Below are positions 1 to 9,029 of a DNA stretch of 64,000 bases, one piece after another (the first letter of the stretch is position 1; every line of letters starts with the position of its first letter). Made by a program: the position numbers and the translations under genes. Origin of the DNA: an archaeon (GTDB taxonomy: Archaea; Undinarchaeota; CAZHTU01; JBDRCC01); contig JBDRCC010000020.1 of NCBI GenBank assembly GCA_043822065.1, forward strand, positions 54,140 through 118,139, written 5' to 3'. The notes below the pieces were generated by a model that saw only the letters and a list, made by a program, of their open reading frames with translations, made no database searches and was not told where the DNA came from.

Positions 1-303
1 CCTTCTCGTAGCAGGCTCATACCCCGTGTAGGACTTTGGGGCAATCTCGGACGTCGGGCAGTATATGCACTCGCCAGGGCACTTGAACCCAGGGTACATC
101 ACGGCAAGGACTGTTATCCCCGAGAGGCTCCTGACCGGCTTCGTCTTCAGGACCTTCAGCTCCGCCCGTTCCTCTTCAGAGCACTCGGCAAGGATGTCTG
201 CGTTCGAAAGCACTTTTCCATGCTTCCTGGCGTACTCCCTCCTCAGCCTCTCAAGGTTTTCATGCGTCGGCTTCTTCAGAAGCCCGCCAATTATCTCCCT
301 CAT
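1..303 (-). CDS. elp3: Elp3-family radical SAM/acetyltransferase, N-terminal part (gene continues beyond the window start)
   Basis: Reverse-complement translation gives MREIIGGLLKKPTHENLERLRREYARKHGKVL...PGFKCPGECIYCP...QSYTGYEPATRR, the Elp3 N-terminus with its CxxxCxxC radical SAM cluster motif; start codon at 301-303 (complement). Confidence 0.6.
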   Translation of the reverse strand, partial: MREIIGGLLKKPTHENLERLRREYARKHGKVLSNADILAECSEEERAELKVLKTKPVRSLSGITVLAVMYPGFKCPGECIYCPTSEIAPKSYTGYEPATRR

Positions 304-339
304 CGCAACTCTTTAATAAGCCCCCGATATACCAAAATC

Positions 340-1206
340 ATGGACAAGGTCTATTTAGTGCTTATCGTCGTTGGGCTGCTTTTTATCGGCTCCGTCACCT
401 ATTCCTACATGGCATTCACCGACGGGTTCCCCTGGGGGGACAAAATCGCGGTCATCGAAATCAACGGCCCAATCGACTTCGGCCCGATGCAAAACGGGGT
501 TGCGCCGGTGCAAATAGCCAGCCTTATCAAGGAGGCAGAGGAAAACCCCTCCGTCAAGGCAATCGTTCTTGAAATCAACTCGCCAGGCGGCTCCCCAGTC
601 AGCTCAGACGAGATTGCAAGGGCGGTCCGCGACGCTGAGAAGCCGACCGTTGCCTGGCTCGGCGACATCGCGGCAAGCGGCGGATACTGGATTGCAGCCT
701 CCGCAGACAAGATTGTCGCGCACCCGATGAGCGTAACCGGCTCAATCGGCGCGTTCTCCCTGCTGGTCGAGCTGTCAGACCTTATGGATGACGTCGGCGT
801 GAATGTTGAATACATACAATCCGCAGAATACAAATCGCTCGGAAGCCCGTTCCACAATGCCACCGACGAGGAGAAGCAAATCCTCCTGGACATGGTACTG
901 GAAATACATGAGCAGTTTGTCCAGACTGTCGCGGAAAGCCGCGGCATGGATGTAGAGGCTGTCCGGAAAATTGCGGATGGCAGGCCTTTTTCCGGGCGGA
1001 CTGCCTATGAGCTTGGTCTTGTCGACTCCCTTGGCAACGAGCAGGACGCGATAGAGCTCGCAAAGGAGCTTGGCGGAGTGGAGGGCGAGCCTGAGATTAT
1101 CAGGATGCAGCCGAAGAAGCCGCTGTTCCTTGACCTTTTCTCAACCCCGTTCACCCTTGCAAAAGGCGTAAGCGGCTTGGAAGCCGGTAACCTGATTACG
1201 ACTTAA
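340..1206 (+). CDS. sppA: Signal peptide peptidase SppA (S49 family, 36K type)
   Basis: N-terminal TM helix, then S49 motifs (LEINSPGGSPVSS, AASGGYWIAASADKIVAHPMSVTGSIG); start moved to MDKVYLV at 340, in frame with the listed ORF. Confidence 0.75.
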   Translation: MDKVYLVLIVVGLLFIGSVTYSYMAFTDGFPWGDKIAVIEINGPIDFGPMQNGVAPVQIASLIKEAEENPSVKAIVLEINSPGGSPVSSDEIARAVRDAEKPTVAWLGDIAASGGYWIAASADKIVAHPMSVTGSIGAFSLLVELSDLMDDVGVNVEYIQSAEYKSLGSPFHNATDEEKQILLDMVLEIHEQFVQTVAESRGMDVEAVRKIADGRPFSGRTAYELGLVDSLGNEQDAIELAKELGGVEGEPEIIRMQPKKPLFLDLFSTPFTLAKGVSGLEAGNLITT

Positions 1207-1224
1207 ATCCCATAACTCTGAGCG

Positions 1225-1254
1225 AATTAATTCAGGTCTACGCCGTGTTCCCAG
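1225..1254. repeat. 30-bp direct repeat copy 1: pseudo-3'-end of trmB (reverse complement encodes WEHGVDLN*)
   Basis: 28/30 identical to 1332-1361; both mismatches are synonymous in the trmB reading frame. Confidence 0.7.
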
Positions 1255-1331
1255 CGACCTTTTCTTTTTAGAAAAAAGAAAACGTCGATGAAAAGAAAAA
1301 CTACTTTAGTGTTCGCTCCGCTCACAGATAT
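1255..1331. mobile_element. 77-bp element between the two trmB 3'-end repeats (miniature integrated element or att remnant); related to 17978-18050
   Basis: Shares core CTTTCTTTT(T)AGAAAAAG, AAAGAAAA(A)CTACTTTAGT and TCGCTCCGCTC with the element next to tRNA-Ile; flanked by the 30-bp direct repeat. Confidence 0.45.
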
Positions 1332-1361
1332 AATTAGTTCAGGTCTACGCCGTGCTCCCAG
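1332..1361. repeat. 30-bp direct repeat copy 2 (authentic 3' end of trmB including the stop codon)
   Basis: Overlaps the last 8 codons and stop of the minus-strand trmB ORF. Confidence 0.7.
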
Positions 1362-2122
1362 TGGTGGTCGAACAGGTCCTGGAGGTTTCTGACAAAGTGC
1401 TCTGACTTTATCCAGATCCCATACTCCTGCTCCGCCTGGTCAGGCGACATTATCAGGAGCGCCTCTTTCCTGTCCTTGAGGAGTATCTTCGTGTTTATGC
1501 TGGCCTTCCTTATGCGGCCGTGCTTTGAAATATTCCTTGCATGCTCTGCGTGCTTCGTCTCTATGTTCCCAAGAACCTTTATCTCGATGCCCTTGGCCTT
1601 CGCCTCTTTCAGGTGGTCGACGTGGTTTGCGGCGAGGTTCCTGAGCCCATCGCCCGTGGTGAACTTGCAAATAGATTTCTCAGCCGAGAGTATCATTTCT
1701 TCGCGTTGCCGCCTCATATTATCTGTCCCCTTTATGAAGCCGCTCAGGCTTGCCGGGTCGAGCGCTGCGCTTGCGGACCGGTATATCGGGGCGAGCGTGT
1801 CGACAAACTCCTTCTGGAGCTTTTCAAGCTCGGCAACTCTCTGCTCGAACTCCTCCTGGTAATCCGCCTTTATCCGCCTTATGACCTCTTCTGGCTTTGC
1901 AGGTATGTACCTTACCGGCCTGTCGTTCTGGACCTTTACGAAGCCTCTTTTCTCCAAGCTGGACAGGACGTCATACGCCCTGCTCCTCGGGACTCCGGAT
2001 ATGTCAGAGACCTCTCCCGCCGAGGAAACCCCGGTCGAAAGCAGGCCAACATACACCTTTGACTCGTACTGGTTAAGCCCAAGCCTCTTCAGTAATGAAA
2101 ATGTCTTGCCATTGCCTATCAT
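1334..2122 (-). CDS. trmB: TrmB-family transcriptional regulator (archaeal sugar-responsive regulator family)
   Basis: N-terminal wHTH LGLNQYESKVYVGLLSTGVSSAGEVSDISGVPRSRAYDVLSSLEKRGFV typical of TrmB; 262 aa. Confidence 0.7.
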   Translation of the reverse strand: MIGNGKTFSLLKRLGLNQYESKVYVGLLSTGVSSAGEVSDISGVPRSRAYDVLSSLEKRGFVKVQNDRPVRYIPAKPEEVIRRIKADYQEEFEQRVAELEKLQKEFVDTLAPIYRSASAALDPASLSGFIKGTDNMRRQREEMILSAEKSICKFTTGDGLRNLAANHVDHLKEAKAKGIEIKVLGNIETKHAEHARNISKHGRIRKASINTKILLKDRKEALLIMSPDQAEQEYGIWIKSEHFVRNLQDLFDHHWEHGVDLN

Positions 2123-2242
2123 GGTATGAAACTAATATCACAATTTAAGTATATAAATGTTACCATTAGTGAGTGGTAGTTTTCCGGCATGCCTGGCAAG
2201 CCGTAGATTAATTATTTAAGCAGCCGCTCGCTTATATCTAGT

Positions 2243-3100
2243 ATGATAATTGGGGGATCTGCTTCTCTTGAGCTGGCAAAAAAAATCTCCGCGGAGTCAG
2301 GCGAGCCGCTCGCCGCAGTCAAGCACAAAAAATTCCCTGACGGTGAGGTCTATGTCAAGCTCGAGCAGGGCAAAGTCGGCGAGGACGTCACCATCGTCCA
2401 GTCCACGCACTTTCCGCAGTACGAGAACTTTGCCGAACTGCTGTTCCTTGCCGAGATAGCAAAGCAGTACGGTGCAAAGAGGATACGCGCAGTCGTGCCG
2501 TACCTCACGAACGCAATGCAGGACAAGGTCTTCGAGCCTGGCGAGATACTCGCGGTAAGGCCAATCGCCAGCGCGATGAAAGCCGTTGGCATAGAAAAAA
2601 TACTCACCGTCGACTGCCACTTCTACAGGAAGGAGGGGCCCTTTGACGCCTTCGGCATTCCGGCCTACAACATCGGCGCCGCCCCGCTCCTGCTAGACCA
2701 CGTCTCAAAGAAGTTCAAGGACTTAGTCATCGTCACTCCAGACGCCGGCTCCGCAGAGCAGGCAAAGCAGGTCGGGGGGCAGAACATGAAGAAGAAGCGC
2801 ATTTCTTCCTTCGAGGTTGAGATCGAGGGGCTGCCAGACGTCTCAGGAAAGAACGTCCTGATAATCGACGACCTGATAGAGACCGGCGGCACAGTCCGAA
2901 AAGCCATTGACAATGTCAAGAAAGCCGGTGCGGCCAAGGTCGCTGTCGCCGCAACCCATGCAGCCTTCTGCTGCCAGGCATACGATAAGATAAAGCCGAT
3001 GGCAGACTACGTCGTAACGTCCGACACAATCCCGCACGAAACATCCAAAGTGACAGTCGCAAAAAAAATTGCCGACACAATGAGATTAGGAAAATGGTAA
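2243..3100 (+). CDS. prs: Ribose-phosphate pyrophosphokinase (PRPP synthetase)
   Basis: PRPP-binding motif VLIIDDLIETGGT and Prs N-terminal domain. Confidence 0.85.
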   Translation: MIIGGSASLELAKKISAESGEPLAAVKHKKFPDGEVYVKLEQGKVGEDVTIVQSTHFPQYENFAELLFLAEIAKQYGAKRIRAVVPYLTNAMQDKVFEPGEILAVRPIASAMKAVGIEKILTVDCHFYRKEGPFDAFGIPAYNIGAAPLLLDHVSKKFKDLVIVTPDAGSAEQAKQVGGQNMKKKRISSFEVEIEGLPDVSGKNVLIIDDLIETGGTVRKAIDNVKKAGAAKVAVAATHAAFCCQAYDKIKPMADYVVTSDTIPHETSKVTVAKKIADTMRLGKW

Positions 3101-3780
3101 GCCAGAAAAAATTAGAAACCGAATCCAAAAAGCAGAACGAGAAGCTCAAGCAGATGGCAGGTACAGCGGCCGCACGCTACGTCGACGGCGGGATGGTCGT
3201 CGGGCTTGGCACGGGCTCAACCGTGAAATACACAATCCAGGAAATTGGAAGGCTGAAGCTCAAAATCCTCGGCGTCCCGACGTCTAAGGCGACCGAGCGC
3301 CTCGCAAGGACGTGCGGCATCCGGCTCACCAGCCCGAACAAGGTCGACAGCATTGACGTCACCATAGACGGTGCCGACGAGATTGACGCTGAAATGAACC
3401 TCATCAAAGGCGGCGGAGGCGCGCTGACAAGGGAAAAGATTGTCGCCTCAATGAGCAAGCTCTACGTTGTTGTCGCCGACGAGTCAAAGGTCGTACAGAC
3501 CCTTGGCAAATTTCCCCTTCCGATTGAAGTCTTAGAATTCGCAAAAAGGAATGTCTCCCGGACGCTCCTAAAGTTTGGTGCGACTTCTGTCACCGAGCGC
3601 AAAGGGAAAACCGACAACGGCAACATCATCCTCGACGCCAAGTTCCCAGCAATACTGAACCCGCTCAAGCTCGAGAAAGATTTAAATAATCTGCCCGGCG
3701 TAATTGAGAATGGGATATTCCCGAAGCGGTACGTCAACTACGTCGTCATCGGGACAAAGAAAGGCGTAAAAACAGCATAA
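3094..3780 (+). CDS. rpiA: Ribose-5-phosphate isomerase A
   Basis: GLGTGSTV, DGADEID, KGGGGA(LTREK) RpiA motifs; overlaps the prs stop. Confidence 0.85.
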   Translation: MVSQKKLETESKKQNEKLKQMAGTAAARYVDGGMVVGLGTGSTVKYTIQEIGRLKLKILGVPTSKATERLARTCGIRLTSPNKVDSIDVTIDGADEIDAEMNLIKGGGGALTREKIVASMSKLYVVVADESKVVQTLGKFPLPIEVLEFAKRNVSRTLLKFGATSVTERKGKTDNGNIILDAKFPAILNPLKLEKDLNNLPGVIENGIFPKRYVNYVVIGTKKGVKTA

Positions 3781-4085
3781 TGCCAAGGACAATAAACTAC
3801 GAGGAAAAGAAATTCAGGGCGAGGCAAAAAGGCCTCGGCCACATCGGCAAGGCAAGGGAGCGCGTCTGCCCGTTCTGGATTACCGCCGCAGTCGAGGAGG
3901 TCTACCGCCCGGAGCCGCGGGCAGTTTTTGTCACCCACTGCATGGCGACGGGACGGATGATCTGCCCGCGCGACCCATACCACTACGAGACCTGCGAGTA
4001 CTACCAGAAGTTCAGGCGCTCAAAGGACGAGAATGTCGACAGGACAACGACAATGCCGAGGTTCCCTGTCCCAAGCCCGGACTAA
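3780..4085 (+). CDS. Hypothetical Cys/His-containing small protein ending in the conserved MPRFPVPSPD* motif
   Basis: ATG overlaps the rpiA stop (TAATG); C-terminal 10 codons repeated at 5487-5525. Confidence 0.4.
   Translation: MPRTINYEEKKFRARQKGLGHIGKARERVCPFWITAAVEEVYRPEPRAVFVTHCMATGRMICPRDPYHYETCEYYQKFRRSKDENVDRTTTMPRFPVPSPD
4053..4085 (+). other. Conserved mini-ORF/cis element MPRFPVPSPD*, copy 1, immediately upstream of the TATA box of the M24 peptidase gene
   Basis: 30-nt match to 5496-5525 with four mismatches, all at synonymous third codon positions. Confidence 0.5.
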
Positions 4086-4087
4086 AC

Positions 4088-4096
4088 TATTTATAA
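4088..4096 (+). promoter_or_regulatory. Putative TATA box (TATTTATAA) about 25 nt upstream of the 4118 start codon
   Basis: AT-rich TATA-like octamer at the canonical archaeal distance; no conservation analysis possible. Confidence 0.4.
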
Positions 4097-4117
4097 CTCA
4101 AAGTTCAAACACATTCC

Positions 4118-5386
4118 ATGAATGAAATTAGAGACTATCTCGGCCAGATACGTGCCGACGCCTTTCTAGCTTACGTCTCGCGCGAAACCCACGGTACCAT
4201 AACGCAAGACATTCTGGGCGTCCCGCCCGATGCAATGACCTCAAGGGAACACTTCGCCTTTATCTATACAGACAAGAAAAAAGTAGACTTCTTCGCCTCA
4301 AAAATCGACGAGGCTCACGTATCTGATCTTAAACACGACATCACCTTTTACTACAGCTACAGGAACAAGTACAAGCTCCTTGAAGACAAGCTCAAAGATC
4401 TCAACACCATACTGCTCGACTACTCCTTCCAGCATCCTGAGGAAGTGAAAACCCTGAAGATGGATCCTTCAAGGTACATCAAGAAGGGTCCCGTCATTCC
4501 AGCCCTGGAGTTCGTAGATCTGCTAAAAAAGAGGGACGCTCAAATCGTTAATCAGCTGGTACCCAAGATTGCGTTCATCTCAGACACCGGATATCTAAGC
4601 CACACCTATGCAGCAGAAAAGCTTACCGGAATCGTCTTGGACGCCTTTGAGCTAATCCGGAAAGAAGCTGGAAAAATAAGGGAGGGCGATGTGTGCAAGT
4701 TCATATACGACGAAATTAGAAAGAAAGGGATGGCGATGGAAAATCTTCCCTACGAAAAAGGGGAACAGATCCCTAATTCCAGCCCCATAGTCTCCGTCAA
4801 TGAAAATGCAAGCAATGTCCACTACAAGGCTAAATTCGGCAAGGGGGCGAAAATCAAGGAAGGAGATCTCGTCCTAATAGACCTCTGGGCGAGGACACGC
4901 AGCCACTCCCCGGTTTTCGCTGACATAACCTGGATGGGCTACGTCGGTGAGGAAGTACCTAAAAAACTTGAGGATATATTCCAAACAGTCATCCAGGCAA
5001 GGGACGCAGCTGTCAGCCGGCTAATGGAGAACTATCCTGGAAAAATAACTGGCCAGGAGCTTGACAGAGTCGCCCTTGATGTCCTTGGAGGTGCTGGCTA
5101 CAAGGAAGAAGCAATCATTAGCAGGCTGGGGCATGCTATGGACATTCAGGATCATGGTAAAGGAGTAAATCTTGACGACTTTGAGATCCCAGACGCAAGG
5201 GAGCTCAAGCCAAGGCTCCTCTTTACAATAGAACCTGGCCTCTACCTCCCGAAGTACGGCTTCAGAAGCGAAATAGATATCTTCCTGCACCACAACCGAG
5301 CCGAAATAACCACAATGCCCTACCAGACAAAGGTAATCCCGCTTCTCGCACCTAGGTCGTCCTGGAGCTCCTGCTGGAAAGAATAA
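4118..5386 (+). CDS. M24-family metallopeptidase (Xaa-Pro aminopeptidase/prolidase-like, pita-bread fold)
   Basis: C-terminal M24 catalytic region (DLVLIDLWA, GHAMDIQDHGKG, LFTIEPGLY); 422 aa. Confidence 0.65.
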   Translation: MNEIRDYLGQIRADAFLAYVSRETHGTITQDILGVPPDAMTSREHFAFIYTDKKKVDFFASKIDEAHVSDLKHDITFYYSYRNKYKLLEDKLKDLNTILLDYSFQHPEEVKTLKMDPSRYIKKGPVIPALEFVDLLKKRDAQIVNQLVPKIAFISDTGYLSHTYAAEKLTGIVLDAFELIRKEAGKIREGDVCKFIYDEIRKKGMAMENLPYEKGEQIPNSSPIVSVNENASNVHYKAKFGKGAKIKEGDLVLIDLWARTRSHSPVFADITWMGYVGEEVPKKLEDIFQTVIQARDAAVSRLMENYPGKITGQELDRVALDVLGGAGYKEEAIISRLGHAMDIQDHGKGVNLDDFEIPDARELKPRLLFTIEPGLYLPKYGFRSEIDIFLHHNRAEITTMPYQTKVIPLLAPRSSWSSCWKE

Positions 5387-5417
5387 AAAGTTTATATCTC
5401 CTTCGCGATAAGTCTAT

Positions 5418-5525
5418 ATGGCTTTCGTTGGTAGAACTCGATATCTAGAACTCTTGGTGGGGCTTGTTGATAACATCGAGCTAGGCATGACCCTGCCAAG
5501 GTTCCCGGTGCCGAGCCCGGACTAA
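5418..5525 (+). CDS. Small ORF (35 aa) ending in MTLPRFPVPSPD*; the inner 12-codon mini-ORF starts at 5487
   Basis: Second copy of the PRFPVPSPD-stop motif, again immediately upstream of a TATA box and a peptidase gene. Confidence 0.35.
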   Translation: MAFVGRTRYLELLVGLVDNIELGMTLPRFPVPSPD

Positions 5526-5526
5526 G

Positions 5527-5537
5527 CATTATATACT
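5527..5537 (+). promoter_or_regulatory. Putative TATA box (CATTATATACT) about 25-30 nt upstream of the 5559 start codon
   Basis: TATA-like sequence at the same position relative to the motif and ATG as at 4088. Confidence 0.4.
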
Positions 5538-5558
5538 AAAATAGCTCATTAACAGGAT

Positions 5559-6605
5559 ATGGCGGCTTCACCAAAGCAGTTTATATCTCAGATAGAATCC
5601 AACAAGGAATACCTACGAATTGCGAAGATAGTTGTCGAAAGAACACTTGCTCTCAAGACAACCGAGACGATTTCAATTTTTGCCGACAACGCAGCCGGTA
5701 AAATCGGTGCGGCAGTCTTCCTTGTTGCCGAAGGCATTGCAAAACAGGCGAACTTCAGGATAATTGAGCACAGCTACGGCAAAAGGCCGATAATTGGGAT
5801 CCCTACGGAAATTAAAGAGCTTACAGAGGCAAGCGATGTCGTAGTCTACGTCCTAGGCGACCAGTACGGCGAAGAGCGCGCCGAAAACGGGATCCGGGCT
5901 TATTGGATGTTCGAATGGGCTCTCACTAAAAAGTTGGGCAGGTGCACCGGGATGCCTGGTATCACTGAGCAGATGTTCCTTAATCTAGTCGACATAGACT
6001 ACCAAAAATTAAAGGGGCGGGCGACCAAGATAGCAAAGCTCATCGCGGGGAGATACATACACATTATTACCCCAGCCGGAACAGACCTAATATTTAGCCT
6101 CTTGAAAGCGGACGGCACCCCATGTGAGACAGACCCGGATATAGGCGAGAACCACGAGAAAGGCAAGCCTGGCGTCGCAAACATCCCCTGCGGGGAAATC
6201 TGCTATATGTATGAAATGAACACTAACCACTGCCACGGGACTGTAGTAATTGACGGTGCCATCGGGGACTTTGGCCTTGTCGACCAGCCGCTAAGCTTTG
6301 ATGTCTACAAGGGGAGGATACTCTTAGACACCATCAAAGGCGGCAAAGCTGCACAATACCTGAAGAATGAGATAAAGCGCTCCAAGGACGGCGAAGGCGC
6401 AGTCTTCAGCGAGCTGGGCATCGGCCTGAACGAAAAGGCAAAACTGCACCCCAACCTGAACTGCCTTGAGGCGGAGAAGATATGGGGCACGGTCCACGTC
6501 GCATTTGGGCGCAAGGTGCACAACGACTGCGTCCTCAAAAACCCCAAGGTCATCGCACTTAAGCCGGAGACCGTAAAGGAGCAGAAGGAAAGCTGGAAAA
6601 TCTGA
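5559..6605 (+). CDS. M29-like (aminopeptidase T/AmpS, COG2309) aminopeptidase, paralog 1
   Basis: Shared family blocks with three paralogs in this window (MPGITEQMF, IDYQKLKGR, PAGTDLIFS, HVAFG). Confidence 0.6.
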   Translation: MAASPKQFISQIESNKEYLRIAKIVVERTLALKTTETISIFADNAAGKIGAAVFLVAEGIAKQANFRIIEHSYGKRPIIGIPTEIKELTEASDVVVYVLGDQYGEERAENGIRAYWMFEWALTKKLGRCTGMPGITEQMFLNLVDIDYQKLKGRATKIAKLIAGRYIHIITPAGTDLIFSLLKADGTPCETDPDIGENHEKGKPGVANIPCGEICYMYEMNTNHCHGTVVIDGAIGDFGLVDQPLSFDVYKGRILLDTIKGGKAAQYLKNEIKRSKDGEGAVFSELGIGLNEKAKLHPNLNCLEAEKIWGTVHVAFGRKVHNDCVLKNPKVIALKPETVKEQKESWKI

Positions 6606-6693
6606 GCAATCCCCGAAGCATCTCGTTTTAGCTCAGATTTCGCAGTGCAGAAACCGCAGTTTTTATATATGCCACTAGCAAATAGTATCTCTA

Positions 6694-7773
6694 ATGGGGA
6701 GCTTGCAACAGGGCGCATATAACGCAGTCAAAGTCTGCATGGGCGTCAAGAGGGGCGAAAGAGTCACAATAATAACTGACGACTCTGCAATGCAGATTGC
6801 AACCGCCCTCAGAACAGAAGCGGAGAAACTTAAAGCAAAGGTTTCTTTCTTCAACCTCGATGATTTTGAGAACCGGAGGGCGAGCAAGAAAAACCTCCTT
6901 AAGAAGGCGCCGAAGGAAGTCCTCGAAGCCATAGAGGACTCGGACATCACTTTCTACAATGCCGCGGACAAGCAGTTTGGCTCGAATACCGAGGTCCAGG
7001 CTAGAATCAAGATATGGGAGCACGCCATACAATATGCCCGGCACGCCCACATGCCCGGAGTAAGTGTTAAGATGATGGAAACCGGCATGTGCGTCGACTA
7101 CAAGAAAGTTCACAAAATTACGCACAAAGTCTACGGCGAGTTCCTGAAGGATGCAAAAAGCATGCACATAGCATCCAGGGCAGGAACAGACTTAGCCATC
7201 ATGTTCGGGCCGACAAACAAGTACCCAGATGCCAGATGGCGCGCCTGCGGCGGGCTTTACCACAAGAAAGGCGAGAGCGGAAACCTCCCGGAGGGCGAGG
7301 TATTCACCTGCCCGATTCGTGTCAATGGCGACCTTGTCTTCGACGGCTGCATCGGGGAGTTGTCCAAGGACGACCTTGAGGAGACAAACCAGGTAATAAG
7401 CATGAAGGTGGTGGACAGCTTTTGTGAGCGGGACAGCATAAACTGCCGCAACAAGGACCTCGAGTCGGCTTACAGGAACTACCTTTCCAAGCATCAGAAT
7501 TCTTACCGAGTTGGCGAGATAGGCGTCGGGACCAATGTACTTTTGAGGAAATACGGCTTCGTCGGGCACATGCTCCAGGACGAGAAATACCCGGGCATCC
7601 ACATTGCCTTCGGGGAGTCAAGCCCTGACGACACCGGCATCAGCTGGGAGAAGGAAGGCGGCGACCCGCCGACGCACATAGACGGCTTCATAAAACACGC
7701 CACGCTTGATGTCACGGACAAGGACGGAACGACAAAGCGGCTCCTCAAGAACGGAAAATTCGTTTTCGAGTGA
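6694..7773 (+). CDS. M29-like aminopeptidase, paralog 2
   Basis: Same conserved blocks (HMPGVSVKMM, ASRAGTDLAIMF, HIAFGES); TATA-like TTTTTATATAT about 25 nt upstream. Confidence 0.6.
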   Translation: MGSLQQGAYNAVKVCMGVKRGERVTIITDDSAMQIATALRTEAEKLKAKVSFFNLDDFENRRASKKNLLKKAPKEVLEAIEDSDITFYNAADKQFGSNTEVQARIKIWEHAIQYARHAHMPGVSVKMMETGMCVDYKKVHKITHKVYGEFLKDAKSMHIASRAGTDLAIMFGPTNKYPDARWRACGGLYHKKGESGNLPEGEVFTCPIRVNGDLVFDGCIGELSKDDLEETNQVISMKVVDSFCERDSINCRNKDLESAYRNYLSKHQNSYRVGEIGVGTNVLLRKYGFVGHMLQDEKYPGIHIAFGESSPDDTGISWEKEGGDPPTHIDGFIKHATLDVTDKDGTTKRLLKNGKFVFE

Positions 7774-7805
7774 TTATTTCTTGCCCCAGCCTCGCTAATC
7801 CCTAC

Positions 7806-8972
7806 CTACTTGCTTATTACCCACTTGCCTTTCAGGTTAATGCCGGAGGTGCCTTGCAGTATCAGTTTGTCACCGATATAAATCGCGGGATTGTACATGA
7901 GGTAGTCACAGTGCGTCTTAGAGCCAAATCCCAAGTGGCATGTCCCAACTGCCTTCTCTGCCTCTAGCAGGGTCGTACCCTTGTAGATACTAGCATTTGG
8001 ATTAGTGCCTATGCCAACTTCGAATAGGACGCCCCTGTCATTAGGCTCTCCTGCAACAAACTCCTTCATCCACTCCGTCGCGTCATCCCTTGCGGGGTCA
8101 ACCGCCTCTATGGTCCCTTCGAGTATACGCCCGCTCTGGACCTCAAACCTAATCGGTCCATCCAATATCCCGCCAGTTTCCTCTTCCTTATACATCCCAC
8201 TCAAGCCGTCAATAACAACAACGCCGCTGGCTTGCATGTAATCGACAGGCTCCCAGAAAGTTTCGCCGCCTGGCAAATTCCTCATGTTCTTCACTTTGGT
8301 AATATCTCCATTGCTTAAGTCCACTTTACTCTTCCCGCCAAAGAGCCTTATTTTCTTTCCGGTCACCAGGCTTACCTTGATGTCGGTGCCAGCAGGAGTC
8401 CTTATGCGGACATTTTCCTTGTCATTCAATAAGTCCCGTATCGTTTCACAATTTTTTTGTATTTCTTTGTAATCTATATCTATCAATGTCGTATACATCT
8501 TCTCAGTTATGCCTGGCATCGGGACGCACCGGGTGGCATCTTCTTCCTTTAAGTGCCGCGGATACTTCTTGCGGGTATCATCAAAGTTCTTGGATAGCAG
8601 CAGCGCCCACACCTGCCTGACTTCCCCCTTCACTATGTCCTCCCCGCCGCTTATCCCATAGATGACAATGTCCGCAGATTTGCACTCGTCAATTAAGCGG
8701 TCCCCTGGCTTAACTGGGCTCTTCGGGTCGTCAAGGGATAGCGGAACTTTTTTTCCGTAGAATGCTGCTGTGCGGTAGCCCTTTTTTATTTCTATGTCGC
8801 CGCCATCCACCACGGTTAGGTAAACGTGGCCGCTAATCTTGCGTGCCTCTTCATAAAGGCTGATAAACATGCTCCTGTGCGCCTTATCCGTGAAAATTAG
8901 CAGCTTTTCGTCCTTTCTAAGGCCTATTGCTTCCTTTACAATCCTTGAGCTTGCGCTTTTCAGGCTTGCCAT
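7806..8972 (-). CDS. M29-like aminopeptidase, paralog 3
   Basis: Same conserved blocks (VPMPGITEKMY, IRTPAGTDIKVSL, HLGFGSK). Confidence 0.6.
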   Translation of the reverse strand: MASLKSASSRIVKEAIGLRKDEKLLIFTDKAHRSMFISLYEEARKISGHVYLTVVDGGDIEIKKGYRTAAFYGKKVPLSLDDPKSPVKPGDRLIDECKSADIVIYGISGGEDIVKGEVRQVWALLLSKNFDDTRKKYPRHLKEEDATRCVPMPGITEKMYTTLIDIDYKEIQKNCETIRDLLNDKENVRIRTPAGTDIKVSLVTGKKIRLFGGKSKVDLSNGDITKVKNMRNLPGGETFWEPVDYMQASGVVVIDGLSGMYKEEETGGILDGPIRFEVQSGRILEGTIEAVDPARDDATEWMKEFVAGEPNDRGVLFEVGIGTNPNASIYKGTTLLEAEKAVGTCHLGFGSKTHCDYLMYNPAIYIGDKLILQGTSGINLKGKWVISK

Positions 8973-9029
8973 CTGCGTTGTCTTAAATGTTTTGTATCCT
9001 GCGGTATATAACTCTTTGTGTCGCTTACG

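Noticed and set aside
405-947. Long antisense ORFs inside sppA (405-947 and 782-1063, minus strand)
   Set aside because: They lie fully within a well-supported coding gene in a GC-rich genome and have no motifs; typical shadow ORFs. The same reasoning applies to 9586-10158, 22604-23091, 29521-30210, 35981-36403, 36466-37179, 48380-48982, 49256-49732 and similar.
4053-4085. PRFPVPSPD as a PGF/PEF-CTERM-type archaeosortase sorting signal
   Set aside because: Sorting signals need a following TM helix and basic tail; here the motif is the extreme C-terminus followed directly by a stop.
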